Source: an archaeon (GTDB taxonomy: Archaea; Aenigmatarchaeota; Aenigmatarchaeia; QMZP01). From it: 43,020 bases of DNA. The stretch lies in assembly GCA_035256265.1 (NCBI GenBank), contig DATEYJ010000020.1, positions 1 to 43,020 of the forward strand, in the 5' to 3' direction. The position numbers and the translations under genes were made by a program. A model generated the notes under the pieces. That model did not search any database and was not told the DNA's origin. It saw only the letters and a program-made list of their open reading frames with translations. This document shows, piece by piece, positions 17,405 to 25,319 of this stretch (the stretch's first letter is position 1; each line of letters starts with the position of its first letter).

Positions 17405-19231
17405 ATGGCTAAGGGCCAGGCGGAGTTCGCAGTAATCATAGGGATAGTTATCGTCGCAGCTGTGGTTATTATTTATGCGCTCCCTAACATCACGAATCCT
17501 ATCATCCCTTCGGGGAAGTATGGAATGTTCAAGGCCTCCTTCGAGAGCCTCGTGCGGGACGGGGCGCAGGACACCATGAGCAGGCTCTCTGCTTACGGAG
17601 GCTATCCTGACAACTCCTCCTTCCAGCTCGGCTCTGTTTCTTTCCTCGGAAAGGAGGTTCCCTACTGGCAGAAGGACGGGAGTGTAAAATACCCGAATGT
17701 GAAGGACAATTTTGTCCAGGGAGTTTCTAGCTATCTTTCCAAAAACAAGGAAGGCTTTCTCCAGGAGATGAAGATGGCAGGCCTGGAAATTGGAGAGCCC
17801 AGGGTGAGCGCGAACATGCTTGCGAGCAAGATAATCATAACCGTGAACATGCCGACCAAGATAGACGGGACCAATTATCCGCAGCCTTATACCGTGGAAA
17901 TCCCGTCAAGGCTCGGGGAGATAGAGGAGTTCTCCAAGGCGTTCGCGCAGTATGACAAGAACAGCAGGCCTTTGGAGTACTATACGCTCTCCTCCATGAT
18001 AATAAGCCCTATGGAGGAGGATGTGCACAGCGTTCCCATACAGATATTCCTGACAGAGTGCGGAGAGTACGTGTTCAGGAGCTGGTGGGACATAAAGCCC
18101 AGCCTGGAGAATGTGATAAAGGCCACGCTCGCCCAGACCTACATGCCCGGGAAGGCTCCCCTGAACACCATGATGACCTCATCCTCGCCAAAATATTCCC
18201 TTGTCCCTCTTAACGGGAAGAGGTATGAGTCTCTTGATGTTAGTTTCTTCCTTCCTGACAATTTTGAGCTCACGCCCGCTGACTTCCAGTTCTCCCCTGA
18301 CCCCATAATCGCAATCTCACAGGTGATACCCATGGTGGGGCAGTGCCAGTCAGACCCTGTATATGTGAAATACTACCTCTCCTATCCAGCCATAGTGAGG
18401 GTGAAGGACCCGCTCACCCAGAATGTGTTCCAGTTCGCTGTCCATGTGTACATAGAGGATAACAAGCCCGGGGACTGGTCCGGAACTGGATATGAGACTG
18501 ACGTCCAGAAGCAGATATGCTCGAATCCCCAGTGCTCTGCTGACATCTCCCTGAAGGACAGCCTCGGGAAACCGGTAGATTATGCGGCTGTCAGCTTCAT
18601 GGGATGCAGCTTGGGAAGGACGGATTCCCAGGGTATTCTCAGGGTTCCTGCCCCGTGCGGGCTAGGGCCGCTTCAGGTTTACAAGCAGGGATATGAATCC
18701 TACGGGAGGATGCAGTCCTCTGACAGCATACGCGGGCTTTCCCTAACCCTTGCAAAAACCCCGGCAATCAGGCTCCATCTTTACGAGGTGATTGTCCAGA
18801 ACATCTCCCTCAACGGGAAGTATGACATCTCCCAGGACGGGATAAGCCCGATAGCTACGAACAGGCTCGTGTACATGAACCTGTATGACACGACCAATGT
18901 CAAGGCTTACCAGAGGGGTTTCAGCGCGGCAGGGAACCTGCTGAACTCCATGCCTGCAGGGCCTTACATAATCACGGCAAGCCTGATCTCCGCAGGCGGG
19001 GAAGAGCTCGGGGCGATTCTGGTGGACTACACGCTTTCCGAGAGCCTGGACGGGAAGGACCTTTATGTGTACCTTCCAGACAGCCTGGACTACGGGAAGA
19101 TAACGGACGAGGCAGAGAAGGCGGGCGCCACGGTGACGCTCACGAACGTGCTCACGAAATGCGGGCTTGGCCCCATCTCTCTCTCAGAAGTGAACTTTAA
19201 CGGATGCTCGGTGGGATACAATGAAGTTTAG
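17405..19231 (+). CDS. large class-III-signal pilin-like protein (608 aa) with a carboxypeptidase-regulatory/PEGA-like beta domain
   Basis: N-terminus MAKG/QAEFAVIIGIVIVAAVVIIYAL (DUF361-type). An internal segment DISLKDSLGKPVDYAAVSFMGCSLGRTDSQGILRV...QVYKQGYESY resembles CarboxypepD_reg/PEGA folds. Confidence 0.7.
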   Translation: MAKGQAEFAVIIGIVIVAAVVIIYALPNITNPIIPSGKYGMFKASFESLVRDGAQDTMSRLSAYGGYPDNSSFQLGSVSFLGKEVPYWQKDGSVKYPNVKDNFVQGVSSYLSKNKEGFLQEMKMAGLEIGEPRVSANMLASKIIITVNMPTKIDGTNYPQPYTVEIPSRLGEIEEFSKAFAQYDKNSRPLEYYTLSSMIISPMEEDVHSVPIQIFLTECGEYVFRSWWDIKPSLENVIKATLAQTYMPGKAPLNTMMTSSSPKYSLVPLNGKRYESLDVSFFLPDNFELTPADFQFSPDPIIAISQVIPMVGQCQSDPVYVKYYLSYPAIVRVKDPLTQNVFQFAVHVYIEDNKPGDWSGTGYETDVQKQICSNPQCSADISLKDSLGKPVDYAAVSFMGCSLGRTDSQGILRVPAPCGLGPLQVYKQGYESYGRMQSSDSIRGLSLTLAKTPAIRLHLYEVIVQNISLNGKYDISQDGISPIATNRLVYMNLYDTTNVKAYQRGFSAAGNLLNSMPAGPYIITASLISAGGEELGAILVDYTLSESLDGKDLYVYLPDSLDYGKITDEAEKAGATVTLTNVLTKCGLGPISLSEVNFNGCSVGYNEV

Positions 19232-22200
19232 GATAATCGCTCTGGAGACATTTGCGATATTCGTCTCATACCTGGTCTTCTCCCTGACCATGGTCGCAGC
19301 CACTGACGTGAACATAATGTTCAATGGGGTGGTCCAGGACACAGCAAAGTATGACCATGAAAAGATAATAAACCTCCAGGTATCCACCAAGCACGACCCG
19401 AATGATGTGACATGGACGAACATAAAGCTTGCGGTCATGGTGAACAGCGCCAGCCTAAGCCACAGCATAAAGAAGATATACCTTTACAAGTGCAGGAGCG
19501 TCACCCCGACAGAATGCGTGCGCTCCACGCCACAGGTGTTTGACAATTACGCGGACACTGAGCTGCTCTGGAATGACATATACGAGAAGACAGGCCCTGC
19601 CCAATACCCGCAACTGGCCAACCTGCTCTTCCTGGTGAAGATGGAGGACCTGAACAAGAAGGAGAGCTGGGTTGGTATGTTCACCCAGACCAGGAGGACA
19701 AACTACAACATCTTTGACACGCAGCAGCTGAGCGTGCAGAGCATAGACCTGTACGCAAAGTCCTTAGACCTCGTGGAGCCCATAAAGGCCTACATAGAAA
19801 ACAAGTTCATGATTCCATTCAAGTGGGTGAGCAAGGCTGTGTTCTCAGGCTCCACCCAGCTTTACGGCATGGGAGCGGACAGCCAGGATCTGGAAACACC
19901 TACCATCCAGACAGCCGTGGTCACTGGTAACGAGATAACGAACATAAACAAGGAGTTCTACTTCGTCTCCCCGAAGATCAGCTCAGGGATAGCCAGCCCC
20001 ATAACCCTTAACCTGAACCCTTCATTTTCCTGCGGGAACAGCGTGTGCGAGAGCGACATAGGGGAGACCACGAAATCCTGCTGCTATGACTGCGGCTGCG
20101 GGCCCGGCCAGTTCTGCGATACCGCCTCTAACATAAACCTGAGCGCGTGCAAGGATGACGGCCAAAGCCTTTCCGTAATCTCAGCCTCATCCCAGCCCAT
20201 CTCGGACTGCGCAAAGGGCTTCAACGCCAACATCTCTGTCCGCGTGAGCAACCCTCCCGCGAGCCTTAGCTCCCAGCTCCAGGGGACTGTCTCCCTCAAC
20301 AAGACGCTTTATAGCGTGACGTGCTCGGGAAGCTCAGGCTCATATGAGTGCACGATTCCCCTTACCTCGAACATAAAGTGCGGAAGCGGCTCCTATGTGA
20401 TAGGCCCGGGCATCCTCAACCTCACGATAAGCTACAAGGACGGCCCCAACTCCGCGAGCAAATCCTTGAGCGCCTCCTTCTCCGGCGTCTCGGTCAGCTA
20501 TGACTGCAAGTGCCAGGACGGCTCCTACTGCGACTCGCTCAAGAAGACCTGCCAGTCCGAGGCCGCAATCACACTTGGCATAACCAAGCTCACCTCCTAC
20601 TTGGATAATTACAATCCAGGGGACAGGATAAGCCTTACCGCAAAGATATTCAACCCGCCCGCAGGCCTTGTCCTGGTGGACAAGAGCGCCACCATGAACC
20701 TCACGAACGGCCAGGTAGCCCCGGGAACCCCGGACTGCTCAGCCCCCAATTCCCAGTTCGAGTATAATTGCACCATACCCTTCCAGATATCAAACTACCA
20801 GAAGACCCAGGCCTACACCTTCAATCCAAACACCCTTCACTTCACAATCACATACAATGACGGCCCGCTCGCCAAGACCAGGACCATCTCAGCTCCTTTC
20901 GGCCCCGTGAGCATACCCTCCCAGTACTGCGGGGACAGCCAGTGCAACATGGGAGAGAGCCAGGCCACGTGCTGCCTGGACTGCGGCTGCCCGAGCCCCG
21001 GGACCCAGTACTGCGACAAGACCTCGGGCTGCAGGAATCTTGATTCCCTATCCATATCCGTGAACTCGGTAAATCCCGTGAACTTCACGGACTGCAGGCA
21101 GGCCCATGCGGTCTACCTCACGATCCCTGTCGCGAACGCCCCCACTGACATCAGCCTTGACTACTTCGCGTACATGCAGAACGGCCTTGTGAAGGGCTGG
21201 CAGATGAAATGCGACAAGGTCGCTGTCAGCATATTCAACTGCACGCTCGTGATCCCCGCGCTTGAGAGCGAGGGCTGCTCCCTTCCCTACAAGACCATAA
21301 GCGGGAACTCCATAAACATGACCATCTCATTCCCTGACGGGAAATCCAAGCAGATAGTCAGGCACCTTAACGCGCCCTTCCAGGACCTTTATGTGACTCC
21401 CGTATACCACTGCGGGGACGGCACGTGCGAATCCTCGCTTGGAGAAAATCCAAGCGTGTGCTGCTATGACTGCCCATGCAAGGACTCCTCCTCTTTCGGG
21501 GAGGACTACTACTGCGACTTCGACCAGCAGACCTACCTGGGCGGCTGCCTTCCCAAGTCCAGCATCTCTCTTGTTATAGACTCCCCCAAGGTCACTGTCT
21601 CCCTCACCAGCTGCGAAATCACGAACAGCGTGAATGTCAAAGCCCATATAGAGAACCAGCCCGGGAGCGCGAGGCCCCAATACTTCTACGCCACCATAAA
21701 TGGCACTGCCGCTGAGATGGTGCACTGTGACCAGGAGCAGGCCTTCCAGGGAGGCAACCTCAGCTTCAACTGCACGCTCATGCTTCCCAGGATATACATG
21801 TGCTCCCAGGGCCAGACCTACACCTTCTCTCCAAACGCCCTCTCCGTCCTCCTAAGCTACCAGAACGGGAAGCAGAAGACTGAGACACAAACCCTCTCGG
21901 CCCCCCTGCCCACCATCATAATCAGGCAGGGCATCCGCTCCCTTTACGACATCACCCAGGAAGGGATAGCCAAGATGAAGCAGAGGCTGTACAGGACAAT
22001 AGAGATAGCGAGGGACCTTTACGGCGCAATCAAGGACTGCATGGAGACTGTCAAGACCCTGGTATACCTCCAGCTTGTCCTCACCATCGCAGGGGCTATA
22101 GCAGGCTCAGCTAGCACCGATACTCAAATTAAAACCCCTCAAGGTGGATATGCATCAGATCCTTTTTCGAAGGCGGTAGCCGGCGCTTACGTAGGAAGCC

Positions 22201-22991
22201 AGATAGGCGGCAGCCTCGTGCAGTCATACTCGAAGCTGTGCGAATTCCTCCAGGCCCAGTACCGCATCGACCTGGAGATACAGAACATGGAGATCAAGAT
22301 GATAAACATGGAGATGTGCATGGAAGTCTATCAACACCAGCTTGACATAGGGCGGTGTGACAAGTCTCCGGAATCCTGCTTCACCAGCATAACGTCATGT
22401 GTGAACACCGGCCTGAGCGACGTGAGCTCCTCCGCGGACAAGCTGAGCGACATAGTGAGCAAGGCCACCAACAGCCTCCAACAGAGCACATCAATACTGG
22501 GAAGCGTGTACAACTCGGTTGGCATAGTAACCGGGTCATCCAGCTCGGGCGGGACTACATCTATCCAGATGAGATGTGATGAAAGGCAGCTTGAGTGGAG
22601 CGGCGACTCCTGTTGCAATGTTAGAGGAAGTGCCACAACAACCACAACCGGCACCACAACCACATATGAATGCAAGGATAAAAAAATCCTCAGCTTGTTC
22701 ATAGCAAACAAGGCACAGAATTGCAGCGCCCTCATAACCGAACAATGTAAAGAAGATGGTAGTAGTTGCTTTATGTATAAAGATGGCGCATGGTCCGTAG
22801 ATGTAGATAAGTTGATAGACAAAACAACTACGTTAGGCTTCAAGTTCTACTGCTATAACAACAATAATGAGTATAACACAGATACGGAGACTGGCAGAAC
22901 CAAACATATGATAAGTGCGTCAAGTGGCGATAAATACTATAAAATCGAATTAAAGAAAAACGATGCTTCAAAGGTCACGTGCAATTGCTAA
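19221..22991 (+). CDS. 1256-aa modular cysteine-motif surface protein with a late TM helix and a Cys/Thr-rich tail
   Basis: Overlaps the upstream gene by 11 nt. Signal/anchor MKFRIIALETFAIFVSYLVFSLTMVAA. Four modules begin with a CG[DN]xxC...GE....CC.DC.C....YCD-type motif (one degenerate). Each is followed by a beta domain containing [YF][EN]CT[IL]. Hydrophobic helix LVYLQLVLTIAGAIAGSA. Tail contains TTTTTGTTTT and many Cys. Confidence 0.8.
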   Translation: MKFRIIALETFAIFVSYLVFSLTMVAATDVNIMFNGVVQDTAKYDHEKIINLQVSTKHDPNDVTWTNIKLAVMVNSASLSHSIKKIYLYKCRSVTPTECVRSTPQVFDNYADTELLWNDIYEKTGPAQYPQLANLLFLVKMEDLNKKESWVGMFTQTRRTNYNIFDTQQLSVQSIDLYAKSLDLVEPIKAYIENKFMIPFKWVSKAVFSGSTQLYGMGADSQDLETPTIQTAVVTGNEITNINKEFYFVSPKISSGIASPITLNLNPSFSCGNSVCESDIGETTKSCCYDCGCGPGQFCDTASNINLSACKDDGQSLSVISASSQPISDCAKGFNANISVRVSNPPASLSSQLQGTVSLNKTLYSVTCSGSSGSYECTIPLTSNIKCGSGSYVIGPGILNLTISYKDGPNSASKSLSASFSGVSVSYDCKCQDGSYCDSLKKTCQSEAAITLGITKLTSYLDNYNPGDRISLTAKIFNPPAGLVLVDKSATMNLTNGQVAPGTPDCSAPNSQFEYNCTIPFQISNYQKTQAYTFNPNTLHFTITYNDGPLAKTRTISAPFGPVSIPSQYCGDSQCNMGESQATCCLDCGCPSPGTQYCDKTSGCRNLDSLSISVNSVNPVNFTDCRQAHAVYLTIPVANAPTDISLDYFAYMQNGLVKGWQMKCDKVAVSIFNCTLVIPALESEGCSLPYKTISGNSINMTISFPDGKSKQIVRHLNAPFQDLYVTPVYHCGDGTCESSLGENPSVCCYDCPCKDSSSFGEDYYCDFDQQTYLGGCLPKSSISLVIDSPKVTVSLTSCEITNSVNVKAHIENQPGSARPQYFYATINGTAAEMVHCDQEQAFQGGNLSFNCTLMLPRIYMCSQGQTYTFSPNALSVLLSYQNGKQKTETQTLSAPLPTIIIRQGIRSLYDITQEGIAKMKQRLYRTIEIARDLYGAIKDCMETVKTLVYLQLVLTIAGAIAGSASTDTQIKTPQGGYASDPFSKAVAGAYVGSQIGGSLVQSYSKLCEFLQAQYRIDLEIQNMEIKMINMEMCMEVYQHQLDIGRCDKSPESCFTSITSCVNTGLSDVSSSADKLSDIVSKATNSLQQSTSILGSVYNSVGIVTGSSSSGGTTSIQMRCDERQLEWSGDSCCNVRGSATTTTTGTTTTYECKDKKILSLFIANKAQNCSALITEQCKEDGSSCFMYKDGAWSVDVDKLIDKTTTLGFKFYCYNNNNEYNTDTETGRTKHMISASSGDKYYKIELKKNDASKVTCNC

Positions 22992-23031
22992 TAAGCGAAA
23001 TCGCTGAAAATGAAGTTTAAATATCTGGATT

Positions 23032-23661
23032 TTATTTGATTTCAATCTTATCCAATTTCCCTTCTTGCTTTATTATCACATTCTGCTCTTGATGAATTAA
23101 AGGTTTATTTCCATTTTCTCTGAGAATTTCAAAGTAATTCCCGCCGTTGCTTTTTCCATCGCTTTTGTGAAGAACTTCCCTTTCAAAATAGCCGGGGACG
23201 TAAAGCGTAAACTCATGAAATGACGGCTTTGAAAATGTAGAATGGGCATATATCTTCTCTTCTATTATCTTTCCTCCTTTTTCGGTCGCTAGAATCGTCA
23301 AGTCGTTTTTTAAATTGAATCTCACCGTGACCTGCATAGGCGTCTTGCCGATGGACTTGCCATCGTATATGACCTCTGCCCCTTGGGGCCTGGTGTCTAT
23401 GTTCAGAACATCCACCTCGTCGGGCAGGGTTTCAACTCTTTCATAGAACCTGGTCGTGGCGCAGCCCGCCAGCATCATGCCCGCTAGGGGCGGAGCAATG
23501 TATTTAGCAAATCTTTTGTAAAAAGGCTTCCTTTCCAGGGCCAGAAACAGCTCTTCGTATGGAAGCTCCCTTTCCCCTTCCAGGTAGTTCCCTATCGGGT
23601 TCTTAGTGGCCATCTCAAACACCTTTGCCCCATTTCTGGGGTTTGAGAGCAGTGCTCTCAT
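23032..23661 (-). CDS. PEGA-domain putative lipoprotein (209 aa)
   Basis: Lipobox-like LAGC (PPLAGMMLAGCATT) and a PEGA-type segment GAEVIYDGKSIGKTPMQVTVRF. AT-richer than the island average. The long polar N-terminus leaves the start uncertain. Confidence 0.55.
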   Translation of the reverse strand: MRALLSNPRNGAKVFEMATKNPIGNYLEGERELPYEELFLALERKPFYKRFAKYIAPPLAGMMLAGCATTRFYERVETLPDEVDVLNIDTRPQGAEVIYDGKSIGKTPMQVTVRFNLKNDLTILATEKGGKIIEEKIYAHSTFSKPSFHEFTLYVPGYFEREVLHKSDGKSNGGNYFEILRENGNKPLIHQEQNVIIKQEGKLDKIEIK

Positions 23662-23856
23662 TATTTATGTGGGAGAGCACACAATTTTCCCACCATTTAG
23701 TAGTTACCATACTGTAGTGAATACTGATATATTAGAATGGGATACCGGGGTTTATAAAGGTGACTGGAAGGGGGAAATGACGGTTATTGACGAAAATTAT
23801 AGAGGCCAATCCGTTTCCTGTTTTAAGATATAACAAACCCCTTCCAATAATAATCC

Positions 23857-25281
23857 ATGAAATCCCTTCTGCCTGTATTCATTCTGGCTTTTCTCATGCT
23901 GGCCGGATGTGCGCATGCCCTCCGCCTCACGGACGGCCTCTACTTCACCGTGGCCCCGAACTCCACCGCGGAGGTCTACTTCATACTCCCGGATGACCTG
24001 GGAGCAGGCCAGAGGAAGGCTGATTATTACATAACCACGGATTCCAACTGGTCCACGGACCTCACGGAGCAGATAATCACGACAGAGGAGAACAATACTG
24101 TGATAACCCCCATAAGGTTCTTCTCCTTGGACAAGAAGGAGGGGGACTGCTCGAACTACACTGTGAGGATATCTGCTCCCTCCCTGAGCCTTTCCAAGAC
24201 ATGGAAGGGAGGGGTATGCCTGTCCAAGTACATGGATGTGGACATAGCCAAGCCGGGGAAGGATCCCGGAACCGTCCTGAACAGCAATGCGGACATTTTC
24301 AGCCTGGGTTTCGCCACATATTCAAAAACTGCCAAGCCTGGGGACATATCCATAGAGCTGCTCCTGCAGTCCCAGGCAAGCCTTACCATAGACGTGAATG
24401 TGGATTCTGGGATTCCTTTCGAGCAGAAAGTCTTTGTTGTCCAGACCTCGCCAACCTCCCAATATAAAACCCTGCTTCTGAATGCCAGCAATATCCTGTC
24501 AGGGACTTATGATGTAAAGGCCACGGGAAAAGCCAGGAGCTGCTCCCTGGACTCATGCACGAGGCAGGCTCCCATGAGGCTTGTGGTTTCTGACTCCGTT
24601 CAGGAAGGGTTTTCTGTCTCCCTGTTTCCGGAGAACCTTGCCATAAAGAAGCTGGAGCCAGTGAGCTACAGGCTCACCATCCAGAACAATTACGGGGAGG
24701 AGAAGGCCTTTGTGGTGAGCGTGGAGAGGCCTTTTGACCTGGATAGTTCTCTTGTCTTGGACAGCTTCACGGTTCCAGGCCTTTCCGAGAAGACAGTGGA
24801 ATTCACCGTGACCCCGAGGAACCAGACAGGATTCTATGAGATAAAGGCCACGACAAGCTCCGGGGGCATGGACAGGCTCGCTTCCTCCTACCTCTCGGTG
24901 AATGAGATGGTGTCTGATGTCTACAGGAGCGCGGATGATATCAAGTCTCTTGCGAACTCCTCCCTGGACGCGAGCGTGGACAGAACAGTCAGGAACTGGT
25001 ACAGCTCCTACTCCAAGAGCGATGGCCAGAACCTTACAGAGTACAAGAATCTTCAGGATGCCCTGGATTCCGCAAGGAAGCAGGCCCTGTCAAGCCAGGG
25101 CCAAAATCAGACAGAGCCTGGGCAGGGCGACGATATTCCCCAGGAGGAAGAGAAACCTGAATCTCCTTTCAATTTCGGGATTATTCTCATCCCTGTGGCT
25201 CTTGGGATGGGTGTTTTCTTAGTCCTGCTTTTGCTGAGGAAAAGAAAGGGTAGCGGACAGGAATTCCTGGAACTGAAATGA
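23857..25281 (+). CDS. lipobox/signal-bearing surface protein with a C-terminal TM anchor (474 aa)
   Basis: N-terminus MKSLLPVFILAFLMLAGCAHA (signal plus LAGC lipobox). Contains CARDB/Ig-like beta segments. C-terminal TM helix IILIPVALGMGVFLVLLLL followed by RKRKG. Confidence 0.7.
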   Translation: MKSLLPVFILAFLMLAGCAHALRLTDGLYFTVAPNSTAEVYFILPDDLGAGQRKADYYITTDSNWSTDLTEQIITTEENNTVITPIRFFSLDKKEGDCSNYTVRISAPSLSLSKTWKGGVCLSKYMDVDIAKPGKDPGTVLNSNADIFSLGFATYSKTAKPGDISIELLLQSQASLTIDVNVDSGIPFEQKVFVVQTSPTSQYKTLLLNASNILSGTYDVKATGKARSCSLDSCTRQAPMRLVVSDSVQEGFSVSLFPENLAIKKLEPVSYRLTIQNNYGEEKAFVVSVERPFDLDSSLVLDSFTVPGLSEKTVEFTVTPRNQTGFYEIKATTSSGGMDRLASSYLSVNEMVSDVYRSADDIKSLANSSLDASVDRTVRNWYSSYSKSDGQNLTEYKNLQDALDSARKQALSSQGQNQTEPGQGDDIPQEEEKPESPFNFGIILIPVALGMGVFLVLLLLRKRKGSGQEFLELK

Positions 25282-25290
25282 TTTTGGCTG

Positions 25291-25312
25291 GAAGGCGTCC
25301 GCTGACGCCTTC
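25291..25312. repeat. GC-rich hairpin family member (GAAGGCGTC-CGCT-GACGCCTTC)
   Basis: Perfect 9-bp stem with a 4-nt loop, in the 38-bp gap between convergent genes 23857..25281 and 25320..27020. The 5' flank is GGCTG. Confidence 0.8.
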
Positions 25313-25319
25313 TGTCAAG

